Part shown: positions 32,501-42,676 of the stretch, in pieces
How positions within the stretch are numbered: position 1 is the stretch's first letter
Layout: each line of letters starts with the position of its first letter
Sequence record: SRR22947727_3513
Direction: 5' to 3' (one strand)
Length of the DNA stretch: 57,637 bases
Position numbers and translations under genes: made by a program
The notes under the pieces: generated by a model
The model's database searches: none
Seen by the model: the letters and a program-made list of their open reading frames with translations, nothing else
Told to the model about the DNA's origin: nothing

Positions 32501-34044
32501 AGTTGGCTGAAGTAGTCGAACAACAGGCGTGGCCGATTCGACAGCGCCGCGATCGGTGTATCGGTACCCATCGAGCCGATCGGTTCCGCGCCGGCGCGCG
32601 CCATCGGCTCCATGATCACCCGGAGTTCTTCCTGGCTATACCCGAAAGTTTGCTGTCGACGCGCCACAGATTCGTGAGTGTGCACGATGTGCTCGCGTTC
32701 GGGCAGTTCCTCCAAATAGATGATGCCGGTTTGCAACCACTCCTCGTACGGCAATTCGGCCGCGAGTTCGTCCTTGATCTCGTCGTCTTCGATGATGCGT
32801 CCCGCGGCGGTGTCAACGAGGAACATTCGTCCTGGTTGCAGTCGTCCCTTGCGCACCACTGTTTGAGGGTCGATGTCCAGCACGCCAGCTTCGGACGCCA
32901 AAACAACCAGGCCCTCATCGGTGACCCAGAACCGACCCGGTCGAAGGCCGTTGCGGTCAAGGACAGCACCGATCTGGGTCCCGTCGGTAAAGCAGACGTT
33001 GGCCGGGCCATCCCACGGCTCCATGAGCGTTGCGTAAAACTCGTAGAACGCGCGTCGACGTGGATCCATGTCGGGGTTGTTCTCCCAGGCTTCGGGAATC
33101 ATCATCAATACGGCCTGTGGGAGCGAGCGGCCACCGAGGTGGAGCAGTTCAAGGACCTCGTCGAAGCTGGCTGAGTCGCTGGCGCCCGGGGTGCAGATCG
33201 GCGACAGGCGAGTTACGTCGCCGGAGAGAACATCGCTGGTGAGCGTGGCTTCGCGGGTGGTCATCCAGTTCCGATTTCCGGCCACGGTGTTGATCTCGCC
33301 GTTGTGAGCGATCAACCGGTACGGGTGCGCGAGCGGCCACGACGGGAAAGTGTTCGTGGAGAAACGTGAGTGGACGAGGGCCAAGGTCGACGCGATGTCG
33401 ACTTCGCTCAAGTCAGGGTAGAAGGGTGTGAGTTGGTCCGTGGTCAACATGCCCTTATAGACCATGGTGCGAGAGGACAGCGACGCGAAGTAGACGCCCA
33501 GCTCGTTCTCGACCCGCTTGCGCAACGAGTACACGCGCCGGTCGAGGTCCAGTCCCGAGGTGGCGTTGCGGGCGTCCACAGCGAAGACCTGCCAGAAGTC
33601 CGGCATGCACTCTCGTGCCGTCACTCCGACCAAGGATGGATCTGTGGGCACCTGGCGCCAACCGAGGATCTCGATCTCTTCGTCGCGGGCGATCTCGTCG
33701 ATCTGCGCCACGAGCAAGTCGCGTGTGGGACCGTCCGTGGGCAGGAACCCGATACCCGTGGCGTAGGCGCCCGACTCGGGGAGTTCGATTCCGCTCACCC
33801 GGCGCAACAGGGCATCGGGCACCTGGATCAAGATTCCGGCTCCGTCGCCGCTGTCGGGCTCGCTTCCCGACGCTCCCCGGTGTTCCAGATTCTCCAGTGC
33901 CGTCAGTGCCTGCTTGACGACGTCGTTAGAAGGGACACCGCTCAAGGTCGCTACGAGTGCGACACCGCAGGCATCGCGCTCGAATTGCGGGTCATACAGG
34001 CCTTGCCGGGCCGGGGTGGTGGCGTATCCGTCGAAGAGAGACAC
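29500..34044 (-). CDS. gltB: Glutamate synthase large subunit
   Basis: DACG (Ntn Cys), [41 protein letters not shown] domain; start uncertain (GTG 34044 with AAGGA 6 nt upstream; ATG 34050/34083 alternatives). Confidence 0.97.
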   Translation of the reverse strand: MSLFDGYATTPARQGLYDPQFERDACGVALVATLSGVPSNDVVKQALTALENLEHRGASGSEPDSGDGAGILIQVPDALLRRVSGIELPESGAYATGIGFLPTDGPTRDLLVAQIDEIARDEEIEILGWRQVPTDPSLVGVTARECMPDFWQVFAVDARNATSGLDLDRRVYSLRKRVENELGVYFASLSSRTMVYKGMLTTDQLTPFYPDLSEVDIASTLALVHSRFSTNTFPSWPLAHPYRLIAHNGEINTVAGNRNWMTTREATLTSDVLSGDVTRLSPICTPGASDSASFDEVLELLHLGGRSLPQAVLMMIPEAWENNPDMDPRRRAFYEFYATLMEPWDGPANVCFTDGTQIGAVLDRNGLRPGRFWVTDEGLVVLASEAGVLDIDPQTVVRKGRLQPGRMFLVDTAAGRIIEDDEIKDELAAELPYEEWLQTGIIYLEELPEREHIVHTHESVARRQQTFGYSQEELRVIMEPMARAGAEPIGSMGTDTPIAALSNRPRLLFDYFSQLFAQVTNPPLDAIREEIVTSLASLIGPEGNLLESQPGHCRQVLLPFPVIDNDELAKILHINADGTLSEFAAARVTGLYPVAGGGVALEKRLAEIFNEVDALIRQGKRFIVLSDRESNAQQAPIPSLLLCAAVHHHLVRTKTRSQISLLVEAGDVREVHHVALLVGYGAAAINPYLALETVEDLVHRHVIDGIGVEKAVRNYIKAMGKGLLKVMSKMGVSTVASYRGAQIFEAIGLSQELVDDYFTGTVTKLGGVGLDVIAEEVARRHATAYPPSGISPAHRVLTDGGEYQWRRDGEPHLFDPETVFRLQHATQAKRFDIFREYTQGVNEQAERLMTLRGLFAFRDGAREPVPVEEVESVESIVSRFSTGAMSYGSISAEAHETLAIAMNRLGGKSNTGEGGEDPERFVPMDNGDSKRSAIKQVASGRFGVTSEYLVNSDDIQIKMAQGAKPGEGGQLPGYKVYPWIAKTRHSTPGVGLISPPPHHDIYSIEDLAQLIHDLKNANPRARVHVKLVAEVGVGTIAAGVSKAHADVVLISGHDGGTGASPLTSLKHAGAPWELGLAETQQTLLLNGLRDRVVVQADGQLKTGRDVVIAALLGAEEYGFATAPLVVMGCVMMRVCHLDTCPVGIATQNPVLRERFQGSPEFVVNFFEFIAQEVREYLAELGFRSLDEAIGHAEVLDMRRAIDHWKAEGLDLAPILHVPDVPDSQARRQIVEQDHGLDKALDQELIEICRPALDSREPVRANVAIRNVNRTVGTMLGSEVTRLQGGDGLPEGTIDITFQGSAGQSFGAFVPAGVTLRLEGDANDYLGKGLSGGRLIMRPDRGAPFVAEDNIIAGNVIAYGATSGEIFIRGQVGERFCVRNSGVHAVVEGVGDHALEYMTGGIAVILGPVGRNVGAGMSGGIGYILDLNVSRVNPEMVDLDPLSAQDEDELRSLIQRHVEETGSAVGARLLEDWAHSRQRFTKVMPQDFKRVLRLREEAIARGEDPVLAVMGGGNG

Positions 34045-34155
34045 GGGCATTCCTTCGTCGTCGGTGGATGAGACCACCTTCATCGAAGCAAGCAATGCCA
34101 GATGCGGAGGTGGTGTGGTGGTTCGGGACGACGTTGGCCCGGGATCAGAATGCTA
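34045..34155 (-). promoter_or_regulatory. gltB promoter (TAGCAT 34150-34155) and ~100-nt structured leader
   Basis: Nested complementary segments 34127-34133/34056-34062, 34108-34114/34073-34079, 34101-34104/34081-34084. Confidence 0.5.
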
Positions 34156-35184
34156 CGGGGTTGATGGCGCGGTGTCGTCCGGACCGGGCCCAGCAGACTC
34201 CGATTTTTCCGAATTTCCCGGCTTTTGTGACATATCACTCGTATCTGCCGCATCATCAGAGGATTCGGAGTCGCGTGTCTCACCGTCGTTCGCGTCGTTC
34301 TGGTCGTCCGAGTCGGTCGCATCGGTCGCTGCCCCGACGAGGTCCTCTCGCCCCGGCCGGGCTCTCGCGGACCACACCAAGTACACCGCAGCACCGATCC
34401 CCACGATGACCGACGTCCACACGTTCAACCGAAGCCCGGCCACGGTGTTGACCGGGTCGATTCTCAAGGTTTCGATCCAGGCCCGACCGACTGTGTAGAG
34501 CAGCACGTACAGGGCGAAGACGCGCCCGTGGCCCATCGTGAACCGGCGATCCGCCCAGATGACAACCGCGGCCACGCCAACCAGCCACAGCGACTCATAC
34601 AAGAACGTGGGGTGGAAAGTCTCGAAGGCCTCGTACCCCACCGGCCGGTTTTCCGGCGCGATCTCCAGCCCCCAGGGCAACGTCGTGGGTTGCCCGAACA
34701 ATTCCTGGTTGAACCAGTTGCCCCACCGACCGATTGCCTGGGCCAGGGCGATACCGGGAGCGATCGCGTCTGCGACCGGAGGCAGAGCGACGTGTCGCCG
34801 TCGAGCACCGATCCACGCACCTAACGCACCGAGAGCAACAGCTCCCCAGATTCCCAAACCGCCGTCCCAGATGCGAAAAGCGGCGGCCACTCCCCGCCCG
34901 TCGGTGCCGAAGTAGATCTGCCAGTCACTGGCGACGTGATAGAGGCGGCCACCGATGATGCCAAATGGCACCGCCCACAGCGCGATGTCGGTGATCAGGC
35001 CTGGCTCTCCGCCGCGAGCGACGTAGCGGCGATTGCCGAGCCAGATGGCAACGACGATGCCGGCGATGATCGCCAGCGCATAGGCGCGTAGGGGTATCGG
35101 GCCGAGGTACCACGTCGCCTGATCAGGACTGGGAATCGACGCCACGACCTGCGTGGTGATCGTCGTTATCGCACTCCCGCTCAT
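34153..35184 (-). CDS. lgt: Prolipoprotein diacylglyceryl transferase
   Basis: LRAYAL, GGRLYHV, WDGGLGIWG, GRWGNWFNQELFG, HPTFLYE, ETLR. Confidence 0.96.
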   Translation of the reverse strand: MSGSAITTITTQVVASIPSPDQATWYLGPIPLRAYALAIIAGIVVAIWLGNRRYVARGGEPGLITDIALWAVPFGIIGGRLYHVASDWQIYFGTDGRGVAAAFRIWDGGLGIWGAVALGALGAWIGARRRHVALPPVADAIAPGIALAQAIGRWGNWFNQELFGQPTTLPWGLEIAPENRPVGYEAFETFHPTFLYESLWLVGVAAVVIWADRRFTMGHGRVFALYVLLYTVGRAWIETLRIDPVNTVAGLRLNVWTSVIVGIGAAVYLVWSARARPGREDLVGAATDATDSDDQNDANDGETRDSESSDDAADTSDMSQKPGNSEKSESAGPGPDDTAPSTP

Positions 35185-35200
35185 CGTCCCGTCACCGGCG

Positions 35201-36001
35201 CTAGTTGCCGGTGGCCTCGGTCAGTGCGGCGAGTAGAGACGGTTGATCCGCCAACGACTGTGTCGGGATTTCCACTCCGTCGATTTTTCCAAAGGGGGTT
35301 CCCGCTACTCCCTGGTCGTAGAACTCCTGCGTCGAGTTCGCGGCCCACACCCGGTAAGTCTCGTCGTCGACACATGCAGAGAAACTGTCGAGGGTGGCTC
35401 CGCTCATGCCAACGTCTTCGGCTATCGAGACGAGTTCGGCGTTCGACCAACCGTCTCCCTCTTCCTCGGGTTGATTGGCGTAGACGGCGTCGTGGTATTC
35501 CCGCGTGAACCCCTCGTCGATCGCACAACCCCAGGCGCCGATCGCACGGTTGGACGCGTCGTTCCCGAGGTTGCGGTCCAGGAACGCGGTAGGACGCCAA
35601 ATGACCCGCGCGAGGCCGGTCTCGGCTACTTCAGCGATGCCCTCGCCGTTCGCTTCTTCTAAGGAACCGCAGGCGGGGCATTGGAAATCTTCCCACAGTT
35701 CGAGAACGGGGGCGTCGTCCCCGGCGGTTCCATAGGCAACCCCGTACGCCCACTGACTATCGGCTCCGAGAACACCGTCGGGAACCGGAGCGCTCGGGTC
35801 CGCCTCGATCACATCGATGGCGTTCGAGTTCTCGTCCGAACTGCGCGCGATGACGGCGACTCCGATGATTCCCGCAACGACGGCGAGGACGGCAACGGCC
35901 CCGATGATGCGCACGGTCCGCTCCCGGCGTTTCTCTCCCGCCTGGGCCTCCGCCCGAGCGGCAGCCGCCCGATCACGCCGTTCTCTACTTCCCGCTGCCA
36001 T
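35201..36001 (-). CDS. DsbA-family thioredoxin-fold protein with N-terminal anchor
   Basis: Basic N-terminus, one TM, EDFQCPAC active site, GTP cis-Pro loop; ATG 36001 with GGAG SD. Confidence 0.88.
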   Translation of the reverse strand: MAAGSRERRDRAAAARAEAQAGEKRRERTVRIIGAVAVLAVVAGIIGVAVIARSSDENSNAIDVIEADPSAPVPDGVLGADSQWAYGVAYGTAGDDAPVLELWEDFQCPACGSLEEANGEGIAEVAETGLARVIWRPTAFLDRNLGNDASNRAIGAWGCAIDEGFTREYHDAVYANQPEEEGDGWSNAELVSIAEDVGMSGATLDSFSACVDDETYRVWAANSTQEFYDQGVAGTPFGKIDGVEIPTQSLADQPSLLAALTEATGN

Positions 36002-36074
36002 TACATCTCCGTTCGTGACGACATGGCGCCTCGTCAGGCACCGATATCCAGAATAGTTTGCTCCTGCAAGGTGC

Positions 36075-36902
36075 TCATCCGTCGGGCTCGGGCGGGTGGG
36101 CTGATCGCCCAACCCCCTGACGAAGCTCCGCAGCGAATCGGCCCACCTCGGCCGTGGCCTCGGCGCTTGATTCGGCATCGAGGACTCGCCGGATGAATGC
36201 CGACCCCACGATTACTCCATCCGCGTACCCGCCGATCGACGCTGCCTGTTCGGCAGAGGAGACACCCAAGCCGACACCGATCGGCTGGCTTGTGCGCTCG
36301 CGGACCCGACCCACGAGTTGCGGGGCCGCGTCACTGACCGTGTCGCGAGTCCCGGTCACTCCCATCGTGGAGGCCGCGTAGACGAAACCGGTCGTCGCGC
36401 CAGAGACGATGTCGATTCGCGCGTCGGAGGATGAGGGCGCCACGAGAAAGGTGCGGTCGATTCCCACGGCATCGGTCACCTCGATCCAGGCGTCGGCTTC
36501 TTCGGGTGTCAGGTCCGGCGTGATGACGCCGCTGCCGCCCGCCGCGGCAAGTTCGTCGGCGAATCTCTGCACCCCGAATCGCTCGATGGGATTCCAGTAG
36601 CTCATGACGTACACCGCTTGACCCTCCGCCAGCGTCAGGCGGTCCACCACGCTCAGGACGTCAGCGGTCCTCACCCCACGTTCGAGTGCGACTTCCACGG
36701 ATTCCTGGATCGCGGGGCCGTCCATGAGTGGGTCGGAGTACGGGAGACCGACCTCGAGCAGGTCAACCCCGGAGTCGAGCATGGTTTGGAAGATCTCGAC
36801 GCTGTCGTCGACCGTAGGAAACCCCGCCGGGAGGTAACCGATGAGTGCTGATCGTTGTTGTGCCCGGGCGGCTTCGAATACGGCCGCGGTCCGCGGATTC
36901 AC
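36075..36902 (-). CDS. trpA: Tryptophan synthase alpha chain
   Basis: [38 protein letters not shown] 36902 overlaps trpB TGA. Confidence 0.97.
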   Translation of the reverse strand: MNPRTAAVFEAARAQQRSALIGYLPAGFPTVDDSVEIFQTMLDSGVDLLEVGLPYSDPLMDGPAIQESVEVALERGVRTADVLSVVDRLTLAEGQAVYVMSYWNPIERFGVQRFADELAAAGGSGVITPDLTPEEADAWIEVTDAVGIDRTFLVAPSSSDARIDIVSGATTGFVYAASTMGVTGTRDTVSDAAPQLVGRVRERTSQPIGVGLGVSSAEQAASIGGYADGVIVGSAFIRRVLDAESSAEATAEVGRFAAELRQGVGRSAHPPEPDG

Positions 36903-38116
36903 GTCGTGTCGATTCCAAACCAGCGAGCCGCAGTTTCCACGTCCTTGTCCCCTCGCCCGGACAGATTGATCACAATCACCGCATCCGGACCGAGCTCTCG
37001 ACCCAGGCGCATAGCCCCAGCCAGAGCATGCGCCGTTTCGATTGCCGGCAATATCCCCTCGGTGCGACTCACGATCGAGAACGCTTCCATCGCTTCCACG
37101 TCCGTCACCGGCTCGTAGATGGCACGACCAGAGTCGTGCAACCACGCGTGCTCGGGACCCACACCGGGGTAGTCCAGTCCGGCGCTGATCGAATGCGACG
37201 GGATGGTTTGCCCCCACTCGTCCTGCATGACGTACGTTCGCGCACCGTGCAGAACGCCCGGCGCACCCATGGCGAATCGCGCCGCGTGACGACCGGATTC
37301 AACCCCTTCTCCGCCAGCTTCGTAGCCGACCAAGCGAACCTCGGGATCATCGAGAAACGCCGAGAACAAGCCCATCGCATTGGACCCACCGCCGACACAC
37401 GCCACCGCTGCATCCGGCAATCGACCCTCGATCTCGAGAATCTGCTCCCGCGTTTCGCGTCCGATGACGCTGTGGAAGTGCCGCACGATGCGCGGAAACG
37501 GTGATGGTCCCGTCACCGTGCCCAGCAGATAGTGCGTTTTCTCAACGTTGGTGACCCAGTCACGCATTGCCTCATTGATGGCGTCTTTGAGGGTCTGACT
37601 TCCGGTTTCAACGGGAACGACGGTGGCGCCGAGCAATTGCATGCGCGCGACGTTCAGCGCCTGCCGCTGGGTGTCTTCCTTGCCCATATAGACGACACAT
37701 TCCAACCCCATGAGCGCGGCAGCGGTGGCCGAGGCGACACCATGCTGCCCGGCACCAGTCTCGGCGATGATCCGCGTCTTGCCCATGCGGGCTGCCAACA
37801 GCGCCTGTCCGAGAACGTTGTTGATCTTGTGGGATCCAGTGTGGTTGAGGTCTTCTCTCTTGAAGTAGATGCGGGCCCCTCCGCACTCTTGTTCAAAGCG
37901 CGCCGCTCGAGTTAACGGAGAGGGTCGTCCCGTGTAGTCCTTCTCCAGACCACCAAGTTCCCGGGCGAATTCCGGATCGATGCACGCGGCGTCGAAGGCT
38001 TCCTCCAGTTGATCGAGGGCAGCCATCAACGCTTCGGGAACGAAGCGACCCCCGTAGGGGCCGAAATGACCGGGTGCTGATGAGCGAGCATCAACGGTGT
38101 CTGCGGGTGCACTCAC
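36899..38116 (-). CDS. trpB: Tryptophan synthase beta chain
   Basis: [51 protein letters not shown]. Confidence 0.98.
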   Translation of the reverse strand: MSAPADTVDARSSAPGHFGPYGGRFVPEALMAALDQLEEAFDAACIDPEFARELGGLEKDYTGRPSPLTRAARFEQECGGARIYFKREDLNHTGSHKINNVLGQALLAARMGKTRIIAETGAGQHGVASATAAALMGLECVVYMGKEDTQRQALNVARMQLLGATVVPVETGSQTLKDAINEAMRDWVTNVEKTHYLLGTVTGPSPFPRIVRHFHSVIGRETREQILEIEGRLPDAAVACVGGGSNAMGLFSAFLDDPEVRLVGYEAGGEGVESGRHAARFAMGAPGVLHGARTYVMQDEWGQTIPSHSISAGLDYPGVGPEHAWLHDSGRAIYEPVTDVEAMEAFSIVSRTEGILPAIETAHALAGAMRLGRELGPDAVIVINLSGRGDKDVETAARWFGIDTT

Positions 38117-38931
38117 GATGTCATTCTCCTGTCTTGACGCAGGGCAGGGTGCGCTCCGGCGGTGACGAGATCGTGCACCGCGAGACGCGGATCTTTACCG
38201 GTGACCAGGCTTTCGCCAACGAGGACGCCGTCGGCTCCGGCCTCGGCGTATGCGATCAAGTCATGGGGCTCCCGGACACCCGATTCCGCGATCTTGATGC
38301 AGGAATCCGGGATCAGATGCGCCACGCGTGCGAAGACACCTCGGTCAACTTCTAGCGTGGTCAGGTCTCGGGCATTCACACCGATGATGTCTGCCCCGGC
38401 GTCCAGAGCTCGGGCAACCTCATTCTCATCGTGCACCTCGACCAGTGGTGTCAACCCCAAGGTTCCAGAGCGCTCCACAAGTGAGACCAGGGCGTCTTGT
38501 CCGAGCGCAGCCACGATCAGCAGGACGAGGTCCGCGCCGTAGGCCCGTGCTTCCCAGAGTTGATAGCTCCCGATGATGAAGTCTTTGCGCAACACCGGCA
38601 CGTCGACGGCGGCGCGCACCGATGCGAGGTCGTCCAGACTCCCCCCGAAGCGACGTTCCTCAGTCAGGACACTGATGCAGTGCGCTCCACCGGCTTCGTA
38701 GTCGCGAGCAAGAGCGGCCGGATCAGCGATCTCCGCCAGCGGTCCTCGACTCGGGCTCTCTCGCTTGACCTCTGCGATGACGCACACGTCTTCGCCAGTG
38801 AACGTCGGGCGAGGATCTCGCGGTGCACTGGTCATGCTCGCGCGTTCTTTAACTTGCTCGAGGGGAACACGTTGCATGCGCTGCGCTACGTCTTCGCGGA
38901 CTCCATCCAGGATGTCGTTGAGAACGTTCAT
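38113..38931 (-). CDS. trpC: Indole-3-glycerol phosphate synthase
   Basis: [41 protein letters not shown] 6 nt upstream (38938-38943). Confidence 0.97.
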   Translation of the reverse strand: MNVLNDILDGVREDVAQRMQRVPLEQVKERASMTSAPRDPRPTFTGEDVCVIAEVKRESPSRGPLAEIADPAALARDYEAGGAHCISVLTEERRFGGSLDDLASVRAAVDVPVLRKDFIIGSYQLWEARAYGADLVLLIVAALGQDALVSLVERSGTLGLTPLVEVHDENEVARALDAGADIIGVNARDLTTLEVDRGVFARVAHLIPDSCIKIAESGVREPHDLIAYAEAGADGVLVGESLVTGKDPRLAVHDLVTAGAHPALRQDRRMTS

Positions 38932-38973
38932 GGCCCCACAGTACGCCCGGCGCCCGCGTCGGCAATCGGGGCT

Positions 38974-39432
38974 CTAACCCACTCCAGATCCCAGGTAAGG
39001 AACAAAGTTGCGAACCACACCGAAGATCAACACGCCGATCAGCAGCCAGACCATGAGTCGAGATCGCCGCGCTTGCGTTGCAATGTCGATGACCGGGCGC
39101 CGACCGGTCCAGGATCGGTAGGCCCAGACGGCGAACGCGACGATCACGACCGGCCAGAAGGCAATCAGCAGAACGTTGTGATCAGCCATTCCCGAGAGGT
39201 CGCCGTACAGCAGGTCGTAGGTGCCACGCATACCCCCGCACCCCGGACAGTCCAAACCCAAGAAGATTTGGCTCGGGCATCCGGGGTAGTGACCGGGAAC
39301 GTTCGGGTCCACAGCGCGCAGGTAGAGGCCTGCCGCAAGGCCGGCAATTCCGGTGATGAGTACCGGCAGCATCCGACGGCGTCGCGGCCGCTCGTCGACC
39401 GCACCACGCGTCTGGTCATCGAGCGTCTCCAT
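38974..39432 (-). CDS. DUF2752-like membrane protein
   Basis: CP...G.DCPGCGGMR motif, three TM segments, C-terminal VRN; ATG 39432 with TACGAT 6 nt upstream. Confidence 0.82.
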   Translation of the reverse strand: METLDDQTRGAVDERPRRRRMLPVLITGIAGLAAGLYLRAVDPNVPGHYPGCPSQIFLGLDCPGCGGMRGTYDLLYGDLSGMADHNVLLIAFWPVVIVAFAVWAYRSWTGRRPVIDIATQARRSRLMVWLLIGVLIFGVVRNFVPYLGSGVG

Positions 39433-39478
39433 TCGTGGATCGTACGCCGTCGTCGGATTCGATAGGGGCCGTCGAGCC

Positions 39479-40912
39479 CTATGCCAGGGGGATTCTGATC
39501 CAGAAGGAAGAACCCACCCCTGGACTGCTGGTGACCGCAGCGGCGCCTCCCATACGTGAGGCGAGTCGATCGACAAGCGCGAGACCGAGTCCGGTGCCGA
39601 CGGGCCGCACACCGCGATACCGCTCGTGCAGCGCACCCGGCTCGAAGGCGACAGCAAGGTCGTCCTCGCTCAAACCGGGGCCGCTGTCTCGAACCTCGAT
39701 GACGGCGTACGAGCCATCGGCTATCGCGGAGTCCGTGTGGATCGCGAGATGAATCTGCGACCCCTGGGGAGAAACCCGCAGGGCGTTCTCCATCAGGTTG
39801 TCGATGATCTGCCGCAGGCGCATCGCATCAACGTGTACGTGGACGGGCCTCGCTGCTTCCGCAAGCGTCAAGGTGACGCCATCGCGATCGCATCGAGTTC
39901 GCCACACCTCTGCCGCCTCGGTGAGGATCTCCCGCACATCAACGTCGGCGGCGTTGACGTGAAAGTCTGCGGCACCCAATCGGGCGAGGTCGAGAAGGTC
40001 GTGGACGAGTCGGTCCAAACGACTCGCCTCGTGACCGATGGTCGCACCAACGCTCGTGAGTTCTTCGGGGTCGAGGATGTCGTCGTTAAGAGCTTCCGCG
40101 TAACCCCTGATCGCCGTGAGTGGCGTTCGCAATTCGTGAGAGACCGACAGCAGGAACTCCCGTTGGCGACCTTCGGACGTCGCGAGGGCGGCATTCAGCG
40201 CGTTCAGTGCCTCGGCGATATCCGCGACCTCCGCCGGCCCCCGCGGGGTGAGGCGCTCATCCCTCTCTCCGCCTGCCATGCGATGGGCGACGCCTTGGGC
40301 GTCGCGCAAAGGACGGGATAGCCGTCGCGCGACAACGTAGGCAATGCCAACGGAGATCACCAAGCCAAGTGCCAGAGCCGCTGCGATTCTTGCCAGGAAT
40401 TTCGTGCCGAGCTCTCCGGCGACATCAACCGACTGCGTCAGGATCACTGCACCGCCGGTGACCGGACGACCCTCGATCAATATGCGACCTCCGAGGCCAT
40501 CTTGACCGCGAGACGAGATCGGCTCACCGGCGAGGAGGGCGTTGAATTGATCATCGCTGATCCCCGATCCCTGCAACGCCGGCGGAAGACCGCCCTCGCG
40601 AGAGACCAGGTATCCGGTAACGCCCTCCCGACGCAAGATCCGCTCCAGCGGTCGTGCGATGAGTCGATCCGGTGGCCTGCGGCCATCGGATCGCTCCACG
40701 TACGCGGCGGTTAGATCCGCTAGTCGCTCGAGTGCTCCGGAGGCTTCCGCAACCGCCGCGCTGCGAACGAACGGCGCCACCGCGATACCGGCGACGACAA
40801 CGGCAACGGTCGCGATCGACGTGATCAACAGGACAGTTCGCGTGACGATCCCCCACCGCTTTCGGGGCTGCATAGTCGGGGGGGGAGACGTCTTAGCCGA
40901 CTCCTCACTCAT
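39479..40912 (-). CDS. Two-component sensor histidine kinase (2 TM, HAMP, HisKA, HATPase)
   Basis: VSHELRTPLT H-box, NLMENA, DSGPG, GTGLGL; ATG 40912. Confidence 0.93.
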   Translation of the reverse strand: MSEESAKTSPPPTMQPRKRWGIVTRTVLLITSIATVAVVVAGIAVAPFVRSAAVAEASGALERLADLTAAYVERSDGRRPPDRLIARPLERILRREGVTGYLVSREGGLPPALQGSGISDDQFNALLAGEPISSRGQDGLGGRILIEGRPVTGGAVILTQSVDVAGELGTKFLARIAAALALGLVISVGIAYVVARRLSRPLRDAQGVAHRMAGGERDERLTPRGPAEVADIAEALNALNAALATSEGRQREFLLSVSHELRTPLTAIRGYAEALNDDILDPEELTSVGATIGHEASRLDRLVHDLLDLARLGAADFHVNAADVDVREILTEAAEVWRTRCDRDGVTLTLAEAARPVHVHVDAMRLRQIIDNLMENALRVSPQGSQIHLAIHTDSAIADGSYAVIEVRDSGPGLSEDDLAVAFEPGALHERYRGVRPVGTGLGLALVDRLASRMGGAAAVTSSPGVGSSFWIRIPLA

Positions 40913-41594
40913 CGCCAGACACTTCCGCGGAGTAGCCCACTCCGCGCACTGTTCGGATCGGACTGTCATCACCAAGTTTGGCCCGCAGTTGGGCCACGTG
41001 TACGTCGACGGTGCGGCTGCCCACCACGGACGCGTACCCCCACACTTCCGCGAGCAGTTGATCCCGACTGAACACCCGACCGGGCTCGGAAACCAGATGT
41101 GCGAGCAGATCGAATTCCGTCGCGGTCAAGTCGACGGGCTCGTCACCGACCCACACCCGACGACGTGCCGTGTCCATAGATACGGCTCCGACCGATACGG
41201 GTTCACTCGAACTCCGGCTCACCCGCGAACGCCGAACGACGGACTTGACGCGCGCAACCATCTCCCGGGGACTGAATGGCTTGGTCACGTAGTCGTCCGC
41301 CCCCAGTTCCAAACCAAGCACGCGATCGACTTCATCGTCTCGTGCGGTGCAGAAGATGACCGGCACCCAGTTATCTTCGGCGCGCAACTGTCCACAGACC
41401 TCGGTTCCGTCCATGCCGGGCAGGCCCACGTCGAGCACGATCGCGACCGGATGCCGCGTGCGAGCGGCCGTCAATCCGCCGACCCCGTCGAATTCGGCGT
41501 GCACTCCGAACCCCTCACGGGTCAGGTAGAGGCGAAGGAGGTCCGATATCGGTTTCTCATCTTCGACGACAAGAACCAGGCCACGGTCGGTCAT
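40905..41594 (-). CDS. OmpR/PhoB-family response regulator
   Basis: VEDE, LDVGLPGMDG, GADDYVTKPF, RTVDVHV, TVRGVGY. Confidence 0.95.
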   Translation of the reverse strand: MTDRGLVLVVEDEKPISDLLRLYLTREGFGVHAEFDGVGGLTAARTRHPVAIVLDVGLPGMDGTEVCGQLRAEDNWVPVIFCTARDDEVDRVLGLELGADDYVTKPFSPREMVARVKSVVRRSRVSRSSSEPVSVGAVSMDTARRRVWVGDEPVDLTATEFDLLAHLVSEPGRVFSRDQLLAEVWGYASVVGSRTVDVHVAQLRAKLGDDSPIRTVRGVGYSAEVSGDE

Positions 41595-41600
41595 GTCCTA

Positions 41601-41680
41601 AGAGTGTCAGACGGAAACGCTATTTCGCGGTGTCAGCGGTTACGAAAAGGTACCCAGAACGTTCGAGAACAGTGAAGACG
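41601..41680 (-). promoter_or_regulatory. Response-regulator promoter region
   Basis: CACTCT 6 nt upstream of ATG 41594; TGTCAGCGGTTACG at 41631-41644; AGAAC repeats at 41656 and 41666. Confidence 0.4.
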
Positions 41681-41700
41681 CGCAGACAGCAGCAGGTGGG

Positions 41701-41982
41701 CTACTGATTCGCGGGTTTGGCAGTCTTGCCGTGCTTCCCGAGACCAATGGACTGCATGACCTTTCCGACGATCGCGCCCAAGACAACCAGGCCGACACTG
41801 ACCCAGAACAAGAGCCAGTTACCAAGAATGATCGCGAGGGCGCCGAGGGTGAAGGCGACCGTGACGATGACGACGGCCGTCCACGCGGCCGGCGTCGAAC
41901 CGTGCGAGTCATGGTCGGGCGCAATGTCTTCCCCCGATCCGCGGGACGACGGACCAGGACTCATCGATGCGGAGGAACTCAT
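41701..41982 (-). CDS. HGxxPAAW-family small membrane protein
   Basis: HGSTPAAWT motif, two TM helices, C-terminal GLG. Confidence 0.85.
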   Translation of the reverse strand: MSSSASMSPGPSSRGSGEDIAPDHDSHGSTPAAWTAVVIVTVAFTLGALAIILGNWLLFWVSVGLVVLGAIVGKVMQSIGLGKHGKTAKPANQ

Positions 41983-42004
41983 GTCGGTATCCAATCACTC
42001 GTAC

Positions 42005-42676
42005 TCATCGCTCGGGTTCAGGCTCCGGCCGTTTCGCGGTGCTGGTGTCGGTATTGCTCCCCAGGCCACTCTCTTCGTCCACCGTCGGATCCAGTCCGGC
42101 ATCGAGTGCATCCCACGCATCGCGTGGTTGGGCACTCTTTCGCTCATAGCCCGCACCGAGGGTTGGCCATCGGTGACCGACGGTGGTGGTGAGAAGTCCG
42201 CCGGCCAGCAACAGCAGACCCGCGACGATGGCAACTACCGGCCACACCGTCGAAACGCTCACCACGTTCTGATCGCCACTTCCACCGACTCCCCCGGGGA
42301 TCGGCGAGCCGACCGCGATCGTTGACAGGAATCGCACGGCTGATGCGCACAACACGATCCCCGTAATCGTGACAACAGCGCCAACGCTGCGTCGCAGCCA
42401 CCCACGCGATCCGATGACACCCGCCAAGCCGGCGAAACCGATGATTGGCGCGGCGGCCGCGACCGATACGACACTGCCACCCGACACGGCAAGGAGACCC
42501 ACGGCTTGGATATTCGTCATCTCTGAAGCTGTGGAATCTCCCAACAGAGACCGCTCCACGAGAACCCACGTCGCAGAGGCCGCCCACCATGCCAGAGCGG
42601 ACCCCACCAGCATCGAACCCAATCCCGCGATGTAGCCGCGCCTACCGTCAAGAAAGGGGCGAACCGTCGAGGCCAC
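42005..42676 (-). CDS. Trp biosynthesis-associated membrane protein
   Basis: Four TM segments, WPTLGAGYE, WDALDAGLDPT; immediately after trpE. Confidence 0.85.
   Translation of the reverse strand: MASTVRPFLDGRRGYIAGLGSMLVGSALAWWAASATWVLVERSLLGDSTASEMTNIQAVGLLAVSGGSVVSVAAAAPIIGFAGLAGVIGSRGWLRRSVGAVVTITGIVLCASAVRFLSTIAVGSPIPGGVGGSGDQNVVSVSTVWPVVAIVAGLLLLAGGLLTTTVGHRWPTLGAGYERKSAQPRDAWDALDAGLDPTVDEESGLGSNTDTSTAKRPEPEPER

Noticed and set aside
36002..36074. Small hairpin TGACGA/TCGTCA in the dsbA leader
   Set aside because: A 6-bp stem in GC-rich DNA is not distinguishable from chance and matches no motif I recognise
41657..41664. GAACGTTC as a LexA/SOS box
   Set aside because: Lacks the 4-nt spacer of GAAC-N4-GTTC
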